64,000 nt of DNA from positions 9,434-73,433 of the forward strand of contig JBIKUX010000014.1 of NCBI GenBank assembly GCA_044347345.1, read 5' to 3'. Source of the stretch: Bdellovibrionota bacterium. GTDB lineage: Bacteria; Bdellovibrionota_C; UBA2361; JBIKUX01. Shown piece after piece: positions 9,230 to 18,976 of the stretch; within the stretch, counting starts at the first letter, position 1, and every line of letters starts with the position of its first letter. The position numbers and the translations under genes are program-made. The notes under the pieces were generated by a model that made no database searches, was not told where the DNA came from, and saw nothing but the letters and a program-made list of their open reading frames with translations.

Positions 9230-10039
9230 GTGTTAGTGACAAAAAAAATAAAAAGTAAGTCAAACAAGGGCGATGGCACTCGAGCTCTTACTCTTAAAGA
9301 GGTTACCGTTAAATATCGCTCATATAAAGAGCGACCCACATCACTAAAAGAATCCATAATTCGTTTTGTTCGTCATGGAACATTTCGCCATTATTCAACT
9401 TTTGATGCTCTGTCTAAGATTAATTTAACAATTCCAAAAGGGCATATAATCGGTATCATTGGAAGCAATGGCAGCGGTAAAAGCACCCTGCTTAAAGTAC
9501 TTGCTGGAGTATTATTACCCACTGCCGGAGTGGTTGAGCGTAGCGGTAGCATAGCTTCACTCATTGAACTTGGAGCTGGATTTGATCCTGAACTAAACGC
9601 TATTGAAAATTTATACCTGCACGGCTCTCTTTATCGAAAATCAAAAGCGGCAATTAAAGCAAGAATTTCTCATATATTAAACTTTGCTGAGCTCGAGGAA
9701 TTTGCTTTTACACCAGTAAAATATTACTCGTCAGGAATGTTTGCCAGATTAGGATTTAGTGCTGCTATAGATATCGACCCAGATATCCTTTTGGTAGATG
9801 AAATATTAGCAGTAGGGGATGAAAGGTTTAAGGATAAGTGTGATACCGTCTTTCGAACATTTATTGAGAGCGGAAAAACCATAGTTATGGTGAGTCATAA
9901 CATGGATATGCTAGTACGTACTACCGATACGATAGTTGTGCTATCCAGAGGAGAAGTCATCTTTAGCGGTGATCCCAAGGAAGCAGTAAATATTTACCGA
10001 GACCCAAATTATCAGACAAGGCTAACAGCCGGAGAGTAA
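9230..10039 (+). CDS. wzt: ABC polysaccharide export ATPase (Wzt/TagH type, no C-terminal carbohydrate-binding domain)
   Basis: GSNGSGKST, ELGAGFDPEL, YSSGMFARLGF, DEILAVGD. Confidence 0.9.
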   Translation: MLVTKKIKSKSNKGDGTRALTLKEVTVKYRSYKERPTSLKESIIRFVRHGTFRHYSTFDALSKINLTIPKGHIIGIIGSNGSGKSTLLKVLAGVLLPTAGVVERSGSIASLIELGAGFDPELNAIENLYLHGSLYRKSKAAIKARISHILNFAELEEFAFTPVKYYSSGMFARLGFSAAIDIDPDILLVDEILAVGDERFKDKCDTVFRTFIESGKTIVMVSHNMDMLVRTTDTIVVLSRGEVIFSGDPKEAVNIYRDPNYQTRLTAGE

Positions 10040-10226
10040 AGCCTTAGATACCCAGATCAAAATCAGACAGACAGCAATTTCTTAATGATACGCTATGGGT
10101 AAAACATCAGAAATTCGCGCACCTTCGGGTTTCTAGCAAAAAAATAGCAACTTCTAACTTAATTAAACGAACTATACTTAAATTAATTGATATGTATAAC
10201 CTACGTCTATTAACGAGAGTAAAACT

Positions 10227-10667
10227 ATGCACCAGACACCTGTGATCCAAAAACCCTCAGACCCATTTGAGCAGATTTTATGGCATTTAGAACAGATTAA
10301 TCAAAAACGCTCCTATCGTTGGCCACCCGAACAACTTGAACCACAAGTGAGAGAATTAGCAAGTTTAATAGAGAGTCTTTATCACAATTGGCTTAAAATT
10401 AATAATCATAAAAATTCTACTCAAGAGCATTCTGAGTATTTATATTTTGTACTACCTTACGTAAGTTTTCGGTTACTAAACTATCCTTCCTCAAAAACAA
10501 TAAATATCTTTGAAGCATCTTCCTCGCAAAAAAAGCAATTTCTCGCCTTAATGACAGACGAATTACATGAACTTCCTGACTCAAACTTAGTAAGAGCTCT
10601 CCTCAAAGAATCTTTAAATACTTTACTCACCTTTCTTAAAAGTCTAAAACATCGCTGCGAACAATAG
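10227..10667 (+). CDS. Hypothetical protein (146 aa, probably helical)
   Basis: ATG preceded by GAGAG; fills the gap convergently with the 819-aa gene; no motif recognised. Confidence 0.6.
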   Translation: MHQTPVIQKPSDPFEQILWHLEQINQKRSYRWPPEQLEPQVRELASLIESLYHNWLKINNHKNSTQEHSEYLYFVLPYVSFRLLNYPSSKTINIFEASSSQKKQFLALMTDELHELPDSNLVRALLKESLNTLLTFLKSLKHRCEQ

Positions 10668-10681
10668 GACTCTTCCTAAAT

Positions 10682-13141
10682 TCACGTGTTGTCCCTAAAA
10701 AGATCTTGAAAGGCGTAGGGTGGAGTCATAGTATAAAACCTATTATACCCTATCGAATTTAAAAATTGAGTGATTACACTCCAAACGGGATCCCGATTAA
10801 AATCTTGCTGGTCTGGAGAAATTAATACTACCTTTTTGCCCCTCCTTATTGCGCCAATTATTTCATGAACTGTTCCTATGCCTCCATAATGAAAAAAACA
10901 GGCTCCCAAACCTTCTAAAACTTCATGTAAGCGACGGTGAATAGTTTCTACCACTCTCAATTCCCCATGACCTGATGGGACTTCTCCTGACTCTAGAATG
11001 AGAAGATTGGGCGTAGATACTCCCTTCGGACGAATAACTTGTAATTGACCTTCTTTATCTGCGCATAAGATAAAATTTTGACCAAAAAGACCCATCAAAG
11101 TCTGTGCTGGGAGATGATTTCCAGGCGGACTACCACCACCATCCCAAAATTCTGTAAATTTCTCAGGTTCAGGTATGAAAGGCACCTCTACAGTAAAGAC
11201 TGGCAACTCTTCTAAAGTATCATCATTATTACCAATCTTCTCAATTAATTCGCGGCACTCTAGATCACTTACCGTTTCCCCATTCATCTGCGCTGAAAAA
11301 GTAACTCCCGCAGCCCGATGAAGAGGTAAACCTTGCTGCATCATCTTTTGGATAAACTCTTTTGTGAAGGGAATTTGTTTCTTTTCATAACCTTCTGTAA
11401 GCCACTCTACCAAAGATTTCCAAAATTCTTCGTAATTTTCCAGAACTAATAGAGGCACCTCTGCTTTTGCAGCTCCAAAAAAGCCAAATCCTGATGGTAT
11501 GGTACCTCTATTAACTCCTGAATCTATAAATTCAAGACGATCACATGATAAGTGGAACCCTTTATATGGGAGAGGGCGCGATCCGAAATTTTTGAGTATA
11601 CCATCAAAATCAAAATTTTCTGGGTTTACTATGAGTAAAGAATTTGTGTAAGGGGTTCTATGATTGTTGATAGTTGCCTGCAAAATTTCTTGTACTAAAC
11701 TAACCCACCTATTATTTTGTTCATTTAGCATAATGAGGAGGTGCGCCTGATCACCCACTGCCGAATTTTGAATAACTTGTCCCAATACCAATTCAACAAA
11801 TGCTAAGCCTTCTTCAATTTCGGTATTATTTGGCGGAATGAATAAAAAAACTGCACTGTTTATTAGCGGATCATTAAGAACTTTTTTGTTATGAAGTTCT
11901 AATGCTTCACTTGGTTTAAATTCGCTTAGTTCTGGTCTTAACTGACTAAAATTTTTTATTTCTGCCAGGATACCACAATTTCCGAGAATTTTTGTGCCTA
12001 TAATCGCTACTCGAATCTGCTCTAAATAAGGTGGAAAGTATTGACCTGTAAACGTAGACACATCGTGAGTATAAATTAGCGAATAATTCAAAAGATTTTG
12101 GAAAGCTCTCTGAACCGCATATCCTCCATTTTCAACCGACTCGGGTAAAGGATTACCGTCTCTATCTACAAACAAATTAGATAACTGCGCTAAGCCTAAA
12201 GCATTTGTTCCTGGGTTATCAGCAGGAGTTAGATAAGCTAAAGAAGTACCAGAATTATTGGGTAATTCTTCAAAAGAGCCATTAGGATAAAGCTTTACTC
12301 CAGAAATAAGTGAGTCAAACTTAAATACTAACCTACCTGTGGGTTCTCTTTCTTGTATTTGGAGCTTCTTTTGAAGCTCAGATAACAGATTAAACAATTC
12401 CTGCAATCCAAGATGACTAAAATATTTAGCAGCATGCTCACCAAATAATTTATGACAAACCTCATTTAGATCAATTTGTTCACCATTTTCTGCCTCTATA
12501 CCATCAAGAGCATAATGATGCCAAGCTACGCGCTTAATTACCTCTATTAATTTATTTACTGAACTATTTTGAAAACCTTTTAAATGAGAAGCTGTTAACT
12601 CAACAAACTCAACCCCTTCTTTTTCTTTTTCTTTTTCTAAAAGAAGATAAGTAGAGGTATCTTCTGCAACTATAACTATAGGTGTCCTAAGTAAATTAAT
12701 AGCACATTTTCTTGCTTCCAACCTGCTCTTCTCATCAGGCATATAAGCTTCAATAAGTGGAGGAAGAAGTTGAGTTACCGGCAGAAGATTATTTTTATCT
12801 TCATCACTTGGTTGTGAAAACAACCTATTTTCTTGAAAAAATTCGGTAGCTTGTTCTACTGAAATATACCCTTTATCAGTAAGATTTTGTAATACTAATA
12901 ATAAATGAGCATTAGGAGTGTTAGCAACTTGCTTGCAGCGTTCTAATTTTTGGTTAAGGTTACCTTGATGGGTTTGATTCTCAATTGGTTGAGGAGAAAT
13001 AAGCCAAGGGTGAATGTTTGTCAGTTCACAGAGAATATTCAAACAATACTGTTTAAAATGGTTAGAAGTTAAAAACAAAACTGGTACGTCATAAGGCTCA
13101 TTTATTGGATTTTTTTCAACACTAGAGGTACAACTCAACAT
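10682..13141 (-). CDS. Multidomain protein: HAM1/ITPase-like N-terminus + degenerate LOG-like + LOG/SLOG-like C-terminus
   Basis: 819-aa ORF with VLFLTSNHFK (aa 21-30), KC...PIVIVAEDTS (aa ~145-163), FGFFGAAK, GGG..LMG, VVETIHRR and YGGIGTVHE (aa 752-760) followed by KKVVLI. Domain calls are by eye. Confidence 0.7.
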   Translation of the reverse strand: MLSCTSSVEKNPINEPYDVPVLFLTSNHFKQYCLNILCELTNIHPWLISPQPIENQTHQGNLNQKLERCKQVANTPNAHLLLVLQNLTDKGYISVEQATEFFQENRLFSQPSDEDKNNLLPVTQLLPPLIEAYMPDEKSRLEARKCAINLLRTPIVIVAEDTSTYLLLEKEKEKEGVEFVELTASHLKGFQNSSVNKLIEVIKRVAWHHYALDGIEAENGEQIDLNEVCHKLFGEHAAKYFSHLGLQELFNLLSELQKKLQIQEREPTGRLVFKFDSLISGVKLYPNGSFEELPNNSGTSLAYLTPADNPGTNALGLAQLSNLFVDRDGNPLPESVENGGYAVQRAFQNLLNYSLIYTHDVSTFTGQYFPPYLEQIRVAIIGTKILGNCGILAEIKNFSQLRPELSEFKPSEALELHNKKVLNDPLINSAVFLFIPPNNTEIEEGLAFVELVLGQVIQNSAVGDQAHLLIMLNEQNNRWVSLVQEILQATINNHRTPYTNSLLIVNPENFDFDGILKNFGSRPLPYKGFHLSCDRLEFIDSGVNRGTIPSGFGFFGAAKAEVPLLVLENYEEFWKSLVEWLTEGYEKKQIPFTKEFIQKMMQQGLPLHRAAGVTFSAQMNGETVSDLECRELIEKIGNNDDTLEELPVFTVEVPFIPEPEKFTEFWDGGGSPPGNHLPAQTLMGLFGQNFILCADKEGQLQVIRPKGVSTPNLLILESGEVPSGHGELRVVETIHRRLHEVLEGLGACFFHYGGIGTVHEIIGAIRRGKKVVLISPDQQDFNRDPVWSVITQFLNSIGYNRFYTMTPPYAFQDLFRDNT

Positions 13142-13262
13142 ACATTTACTACAGAAGTCGCGTTAATTTTTGATAAATGGTGTCGCTAAAAAAAATACAA
13201 CTACTTTATCAAAGATAAATAAAATAAAACTAATAATTATTAGTAGCAGAGCATACAGCTTT

Positions 13263-13814
13263 TTATTTAATAAATAAAACTTCATTCGGAAGTTCATTTG
13301 AGTGCCCAGTTCCAGCCTGCCCAGTTCCAGCCTGCACAGTTCCAGACTTAAGTTCAATATTTTTAGTAGGAACTACTTTACTAAGCTCAGAGATAGCACA
13401 AAGAATAGCAGAGACTCCGTCACCATTGGCTAGATTACTAGTTATACTAAAAACAATTTTACTCCCGACATCAGGGGTAACACATGTTAACAAACCTCGG
13501 TCACACAGCAGTTCAACAGCCTTATCAGCAACAAGAATATATAAGAGCACACCATTATTAGTGGCAGTGTCCCAAATATCAAAAAACCTAAATAAGTGCC
13601 TTGCTCGACTTATAATAGGGTCATTTACACATAACTCACTAACTGTAAGGCGAGACTCAATAATTATTCTAAGCTCCGCACTATGCTTTTGTTCAAATAA
13701 TTTTATTGCATCAGTTAATTCTGATAAACGCTCAGATGGAAAAAGTCTCCTAACTTTTGATTCAGTGGTACCAAAATGTTTCAATACACTGGCAAAAAAA
13801 TTTAATCTTACCAT
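13263..13814 (-). CDS. TPM-domain protein (DUF477)
   Basis: AIKLFEQKHSAELRIIIE, RARHLF, TNNGVLLYILVADKAVELLCDRG, C-terminal NELPNE; third gene of lemA-TPM-TPM. Confidence 0.88.
   Translation of the reverse strand: MVRLNFFASVLKHFGTTESKVRRLFPSERLSELTDAIKLFEQKHSAELRIIIESRLTVSELCVNDPIISRARHLFRFFDIWDTATNNGVLLYILVADKAVELLCDRGLLTCVTPDVGSKIVFSITSNLANGDGVSAILCAISELSKVVPTKNIELKSGTVQAGTGQAGTGHSNELPNEVLFIK
13303..13347. repeat. 15-bp tandem repeat TGCCCAGTTCCAGCC x3 (AGTGQ) near the TPM gene 3' end
   Basis: Units at 13303, 13318 and 13333 (last degenerate). Confidence 0.9.
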
Positions 13815-14674
13815 TTACCTGAGGCTCCCCCACCGGAAAAAGAACCTCCACCTCCGCTAAAACCACCAAATTTATCACCAAAGCCAATGCCACTGTGATC
13901 TATTGAAAATCCACCATGACGGCTCCGTCTAAAAGAACCACCGCCAGCAGATGAATTAAAAATTGAAAAAAACAAAATAGCTAAAAATATAACTAAACCA
14001 GTGACAAAAGATATAGTCAACAAGCCCAGTACTCCAAACAAAGTAGCACTAGCTAATGAAGCAAATCCTTGTCCAATTAACCCTGCAAGAATTTGAAAAA
14101 GGATTACCCCCATCAATACAAAAAACACGACAATCTGCCCATTTGTCCCAAAATTTCCCGTCTTATTATCTGGCAACGGGAGTTCTTCACCTCTAACTAA
14201 CTTTTCAATCGCTAAGACTCCGCTCATTACTGCTCCTCCGTAATCTCCTTTCTTAAGATACGGAATCATAATGTCCTCAATAATACGTTTAGCATAAACG
14301 TCTGGAACAGCTCCTTCTAAACCTCGTCCCACTTCAATACGAACAGACCTATCATTAGGAACTAATAATACAATAATTCCATCATCTATCTTACTACGAC
14401 CAATCTTCCAAGAAGCAGCTACTCTATAAAGAAATGGTTCAATAGCCTCACCCTCAAGAGTGGGCACAGTTAGCACAACAAGTTGAGTACCCTTCTCCTT
14501 TTCAAGCTGAGCTAATCGCCCGCTGAGAAAATCCTTTACCTCTGTTGAAAAAACAGTCGCTGTATCAATCACTCTGCCAGTAAGCTCTGGCACCGGCACC
14601 TCTCCAAATACCAAGGAGCTCAGCAAAAGTGAGCAACTAAGAACACAACAGCGTATAAGCCAGTACAATTTCAA
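13808..14674 (-). CDS. TPM-domain membrane protein (YgcG-like)
   Basis: Signal peptide, RVIDTA, QLVVLTVPTL, WKIG..DDG, RIEVGRGLEG, TM helices, Gly-rich tail ending GGGASGKW. Confidence 0.92.
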   Translation of the reverse strand: MKLYWLIRCCVLSCSLLLSSLVFGEVPVPELTGRVIDTATVFSTEVKDFLSGRLAQLEKEKGTQLVVLTVPTLEGEAIEPFLYRVAASWKIGRSKIDDGIIVLLVPNDRSVRIEVGRGLEGAVPDVYAKRIIEDIMIPYLKKGDYGGAVMSGVLAIEKLVRGEELPLPDNKTGNFGTNGQIVVFFVLMGVILFQILAGLIGQGFASLASATLFGVLGLLTISFVTGLVIFLAILFFSIFNSSAGGGSFRRSRHGGFSIDHSGIGFGDKFGGFSGGGGSFSGGGASGKW

Positions 14675-14686
14675 CCCCTACCTCCT

Positions 14687-15340
14687 CTATTTTGAAAAAT
14701 CAACAGAGGGTGGTTTTGATACAGCAGCCTCATTCTCTACGGTAAACTGTGGCTTGGGCTGATTGCCAAAAATTTTTGCGGTGATTAGGGTAGGAAAAGA
14801 CCTTATTGTTGAATTAAATTGATTTACAGAGCGAATATAATTTCCACGCGCTACAGTAATGCGATTCTCAGTTCCTTCTAGTTGAGCTTGTAGGTCTCGA
14901 AATCCCTGGTCAGCTTTAAGCTGTGGATAATTTTCAGCTATAACAAGCAATCGAGACAAAGCACCAGATAAGTCAGCTTGAGCCGCTTGAAATTGAGCAA
15001 GTTTAGTCGGGTCATCCGGTACGTCGCTTTGAAGATTAAGGGAACCGACCTTAGCTCTAGCCTCGGTAACTTCCGTAAGAACTTTCTCTTCGTGAGCGGC
15101 GTATCCTTTCACGGTATTAACAAGGTTAGGAATTAAATCAGCTCTCCTTTGATACTGGTTTAACACCTCTGACCAAGATGATTTAGTCTCTTCATCTAAC
15201 TGCTGTATTTTATTATAACCACAACTAGAAGACGTGCAGGCTACCACTAAACAAAGCGCCACTAATGTTATTTTAACCAATCCATCTGAGCCATAAATCG
15301 ATGGTCGTAAACTGAAAAACCGAGAAGGAATAATTTTCAT
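14687..15340 (-). CDS. lemA: LemA family protein
   Basis: CGYN, YQRRADLIPNLVNTVKGYAAHE, ENYPQLKA, QLEGTENRITVAR. Confidence 0.95.
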   Translation of the reverse strand: MKIIPSRFFSLRPSIYGSDGLVKITLVALCLVVACTSSSCGYNKIQQLDEETKSSWSEVLNQYQRRADLIPNLVNTVKGYAAHEEKVLTEVTEARAKVGSLNLQSDVPDDPTKLAQFQAAQADLSGALSRLLVIAENYPQLKADQGFRDLQAQLEGTENRITVARGNYIRSVNQFNSTIRSFPTLITAKIFGNQPKPQFTVENEAAVSKPPSVDFSK

Positions 15341-15428
15341 AGTTAATATCCTTTTTGCAAAGATTGCCGGTAAGCTACCGCCGTTAGATGTATACGCGTG
15401 CTCCTAATAGGTGTATTGATAATTACAC

Positions 15429-15881
15429 ATGGAGAGAACTTCAAATAAAAAGTCACTTCTTGCCCTAGATGTTGGTACAAAAAGGGTAGGTGTTGCCATT
15501 TGCAACATAGATAAAACTCAAAGTGTAATCATACCTCTTCGCTCGTTTTCCCGAGCAAATCAAGAGGCTGAACGAGCAATTATTAATCTTATTTCAGATT
15601 ATCAAATCTCTACCGTTATAATTGGCCTTCCCCTTAATGAAGATAATTCAGAAAATGATATGTGCTTACAGATTCAAAAGTTTGCTCGTCGCTTGTCGCG
15701 TCGTGTAAATGTTAATATTGAATTTGTCGATGAGTACGGAACTACCTACGAAGCATCTGAGAGATTAAGTAAATTTGGTAAAATAACTGGTGACATAGAC
15801 GCTCAATCAGCAGTTATTATTCTTGAAGAGTATCTACGCCTCAATAATAGTGATGAAAACAAAAGAGAAAATCCCCCCTAA
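15429..15881 (+). CDS. ruvX: YqgF/RuvX pre-16S rRNA nuclease
   Basis: LALDVGTKRVGVA, IIGLPL, VDEYGTT, IDAQSAVIILE. Confidence 0.92.
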   Translation: MERTSNKKSLLALDVGTKRVGVAICNIDKTQSVIIPLRSFSRANQEAERAIINLISDYQISTVIIGLPLNEDNSENDMCLQIQKFARRLSRRVNVNIEFVDEYGTTYEASERLSKFGKITGDIDAQSAVIILEEYLRLNNSDENKRENPP

Positions 15882-16959
15882 TAAAACTAGTAGCAATAAA
15901 ACTAAGGTCGAAAAAACTAAAAATATGACCTCACAATCCATAAAATGGATTATTCGTAGTGTGATACTGCTTGGGATTTTTTGGGTAGGATGTAGTTACA
16001 TCTTTTTTTTCGTTCAACACTCGTTTCTTTTACCTATAACCTCGGTAAATCAAGAAGAACTAAAATTCCTCATAGAGATACCTAAAAACTCAGACTTTAA
16101 AAAAGTAGCCAAAAACCTTGAACAAAAAGGCTTAATTCGTCATTGGTGGACTCTGTATCTACTCGCTCGACTCACCGGACAAGACCGAGATCTATCTGCT
16201 GGAGAATTTGAAATATCCTCTGCAATGAACGTTCCTGAGATATTGAATCGTCTCATAAATGGTCCAGCCTTTAGACGCCGAGTGCTTATTCGTGAAGGTA
16301 CAAAAGTAGATGAACTACCGCCACTTTTTGAAATGGCTGGCATAATATCAGCGCTGGAACTTAGAAAAGCATTATCAGATAAAAAGCTGCAAGTAGATTT
16401 AGGAATCCCAGCTGAAGCGCCTAGCTTTGAAGGCTATCTTTTCCCAGATACTTATTTTTTCTCAAGACCAATTGCAGGAAAAGAAATCTTAAGACGCTTG
16501 ATTTTAGAAGGAAGAAAAAAATGGAGTCCTGAATGGGAATTAGCTAGACAAAACAAGCAATTTTCTCTTCACCAAATACTAACCTTAGCTTCTATTATTG
16601 AGAAAGAATCGGGTAATTTCAACGAACAGCCACTCATTGCATCTGTATTTTATAATCGCTTATCACGAGGAATGAGACTCCAAAGTGATCCTACTGTAAT
16701 TTATGGAATCCCAAATTTTAATGGCAATCTAACTCGTTTTGATTTAACAAATCCCTCTCCCTACAACACTTACGTTATAAATGGCTTGCCACCTGGCCCG
16801 ATAGCTAATCCAGGAACTTCAGCCATAAAAGCGGCTCTTTTTCCCCAAACAACTCTTTATCTATATTTTGTTGCAGATGGTACCGGCAAGCACATATTCT
16901 CAAAAACACTCGCCGAACATAATCAAGCAGTAAACTTTTATCAACGGAAAAACTCTTGA
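15823..16959 (+). CDS. mltG: Endolytic transglycosylase MltG
   Basis: N-terminal TM helix, EGYLFPDTY, LASIIEKE, VFYNRL, LQSDPTVIYG, GLPPGPIANPG. The start is probably a downstream ATG. Confidence 0.95.
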   Translation: MKSIYASIIVMKTKEKIPPNKTSSNKTKVEKTKNMTSQSIKWIIRSVILLGIFWVGCSYIFFFVQHSFLLPITSVNQEELKFLIEIPKNSDFKKVAKNLEQKGLIRHWWTLYLLARLTGQDRDLSAGEFEISSAMNVPEILNRLINGPAFRRRVLIREGTKVDELPPLFEMAGIISALELRKALSDKKLQVDLGIPAEAPSFEGYLFPDTYFFSRPIAGKEILRRLILEGRKKWSPEWELARQNKQFSLHQILTLASIIEKESGNFNEQPLIASVFYNRLSRGMRLQSDPTVIYGIPNFNGNLTRFDLTNPSPYNTYVINGLPPGPIANPGTSAIKAALFPQTTLYLYFVADGTGKHIFSKTLAEHNQAVNFYQRKNS

Positions 16960-18878
16960 ATAAAACGGATCCATCTAATCTTCTTCGCAAGGTTGCGCGG
17001 CGATTATTATTCCAAACCACGCGCGAAAAAATTATGATTGCTTTTGCCCTCTGTTTAGGGGGCGGATTAAGCATTTTTTCCGTCTGCGCTCTATTTATAA
17101 ACTTCAACACGCTGAGTAAATCATGGTGGTGGCCTTTTACTCTAGGTATGCTAGGAATTGGCGTAACAATACTTATAATATGGCTCAAAAAAGGCTTTAA
17201 GCTAGATCTCTACAGCGCGGCAAATAAAATTGATAACACCTTCAATCTTAAAAACCGCCTAGGAAGCTTTGTTGCTCTTGAAATCGCTAAGTCATCACAA
17301 AATAATCATTCCTCCAACAAACATACTGCAATCATACAATCCGTCATCCTAAATCAGCTCAACAGTTCTTTACCCAAAGAAGCAATAATACTTAAAAAAG
17401 TATCGCCTCTTAACTTATCAAAAGCTGAGCGAAGATACTTAATTTTTATCGTATTTGTAAGTTGTATTTTGTTAGCTTTAATGGCTTTTCAAGCAAATGT
17501 ATCTATAGTTACTAATAATTTGCTTCCTAATTTAGAATTATCACTTCCTCACCCATTGTTACAAAATGAGACTCGAACAGCCGAGGCTGTTCAGGAGATT
17601 AAAACCTTACTTGAGAATCACCCTGACCTACCTGAAGCTGTTAAAAATGCCTTTACTAATCTTAGTCAAGAACTAACAAAGCCAATCCCAGAAAATGAAA
17701 AAGTAATAACTACGTTACAAAACACTTTAAATGCTATAGATACAGCTAAGGCATCAGATCAACAGAAAAAGTCCGAACCCTCTCCTCGTCCTACATCTAT
17801 TCCTAGATCTACTCCTATATCTACTCCTACATCTATTCCTATATCTACTCCTACTCTACCGTCTTCTCCTACTAAAGAAACCATTAGTACGCCGACCCCC
17901 AATTCAAATTCAAATTCATCACAGAAATCACAGGATCCTGATCAAAAAAACTCAGCTCAAAATTCAAGTAATAACCAAGAGGAAAAGAGCCAGCAAGGAG
18001 ATGCAAATACCAAAGAAGCAGATCAACCAAATAATGCTGGCAAAGAGGCTGAAGACACTTCCAAAAACTCGCAATCAGAAAAAGGAGGGGAGAATAAAAA
18101 TAAAGGGGAGCAAGATAAAAAAAGTAATGGTAACGGTGAGAAGAAGGAAGAAACAGCCAATAAAGATGGTGGTAAAGCCGATGACCAAAATCAAAAATCC
18201 GATTCAAAAAATAATTCAAATGCAAAAGCACTCGATAAAGCCTCTGAGCTTGCCCAAAAACTCTCAGGCTCTAAATCAGAAAGCACCCCTCAAGAAAATA
18301 ATAGTTCAGGTCAAAAACTAAGCGAATCAAATACCCAATCACAAGAAAATAAGGCTGGCGAAAAAGATTCAGACAATAAAGACAATAAAGAGCAAGAAAA
18401 GGGAAATAACAAAAACAACGGAGATAAACCAACTGACTCAAACTCAAACAACAAACAACCATCCCCCTCGTCAACTTCCTCATCAACTCAACAAGACGAA
18501 GAGTCACAAAATAGTAACGATAGCCCTAAACCTCCTAGCTCATCAGAGCCTCGAGATGCTCCCACACTCGGAGGTGAGGCAAACTCTAAACTCACCGACT
18601 CAGAAAAAGAAGCAAAGAGATTTATAGAGGATGGAGAAACTCCTCTAAGCTCTGATGAATTTGAACGAAACAAGAGATTTAAAGAGTCAATTATACAAGA
18701 AAGTGAGGATCAAATTGATCCATCTAAAGCTACTGAGGCAAGCGGAGAGATTGAAGGACTGGGCAGTACTCTTCCAAAAACCAGTATTGAGAAAATTCGC
18801 CGTGAGAAACCTGAGCTACTGAATAGAAGTAGCAATCAGGAAATTCCCCTTGAGTATAAAGATACTTTACAAGATTAA
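16956..18878 (+). CDS. Membrane protein with a long low-complexity Q/N/S/K/E region, first gene of the MoxR cluster
   Basis: Three N-terminal hydrophobic segments, 'LKNRL' motif, polar disordered region and C-terminal IPLEYK, resembling proteins found in MoxR operons. Confidence 0.7.
   Translation: MNKTDPSNLLRKVARRLLFQTTREKIMIAFALCLGGGLSIFSVCALFINFNTLSKSWWWPFTLGMLGIGVTILIIWLKKGFKLDLYSAANKIDNTFNLKNRLGSFVALEIAKSSQNNHSSNKHTAIIQSVILNQLNSSLPKEAIILKKVSPLNLSKAERRYLIFIVFVSCILLALMAFQANVSIVTNNLLPNLELSLPHPLLQNETRTAEAVQEIKTLLENHPDLPEAVKNAFTNLSQELTKPIPENEKVITTLQNTLNAIDTAKASDQQKKSEPSPRPTSIPRSTPISTPTSIPISTPTLPSSPTKETISTPTPNSNSNSSQKSQDPDQKNSAQNSSNNQEEKSQQGDANTKEADQPNNAGKEAEDTSKNSQSEKGGENKNKGEQDKKSNGNGEKKEETANKDGGKADDQNQKSDSKNNSNAKALDKASELAQKLSGSKSESTPQENNSSGQKLSESNTQSQENKAGEKDSDNKDNKEQEKGNNKNNGDKPTDSNSNNKQPSPSSTSSSTQQDEESQNSNDSPKPPSSSEPRDAPTLGGEANSKLTDSEKEAKRFIEDGETPLSSDEFERNKRFKESIIQESEDQIDPSKATEASGEIEGLGSTLPKTSIEKIRREKPELLNRSSNQEIPLEYKDTLQD
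17790..17858. repeat. 12-bp tandem repeat (CCTAnATCTAyT), 5+ copies encoding PTSI/PIST
   Basis: Units at 17790, 17802, 17814, 17826 and 17838. Confidence 0.9.
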
Positions 18879-18976
18879 ACTTTAACCGATGTTTTACGAC
18901 TTCTCAGACTGCGCAAAAGGTGTAAGGATCTAATGTTAAGATTTAAAATGAAAAATTAAATTTATGCTAAATTCAG

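Noticed and set aside
10040-13262. Prophage or IS origin for the accessory islet
   Set aside because: No integrase, transposase, terminal inverted repeats, tRNA target or target-site duplication seen.
13163-13860. ORFs 13163-13357 (-) and 13426-13860 (+)
   Set aside because: Alternative-frame or antisense shadows of the TPM gene; the LELGR repeats just reflect the 15-bp DNA repeat.
16805-18673. Several 60-127 aa ORFs overlapping mltG and the 640-aa gene
   Set aside because: Shadow ORFs arising from low-complexity sequence within better-supported genes.
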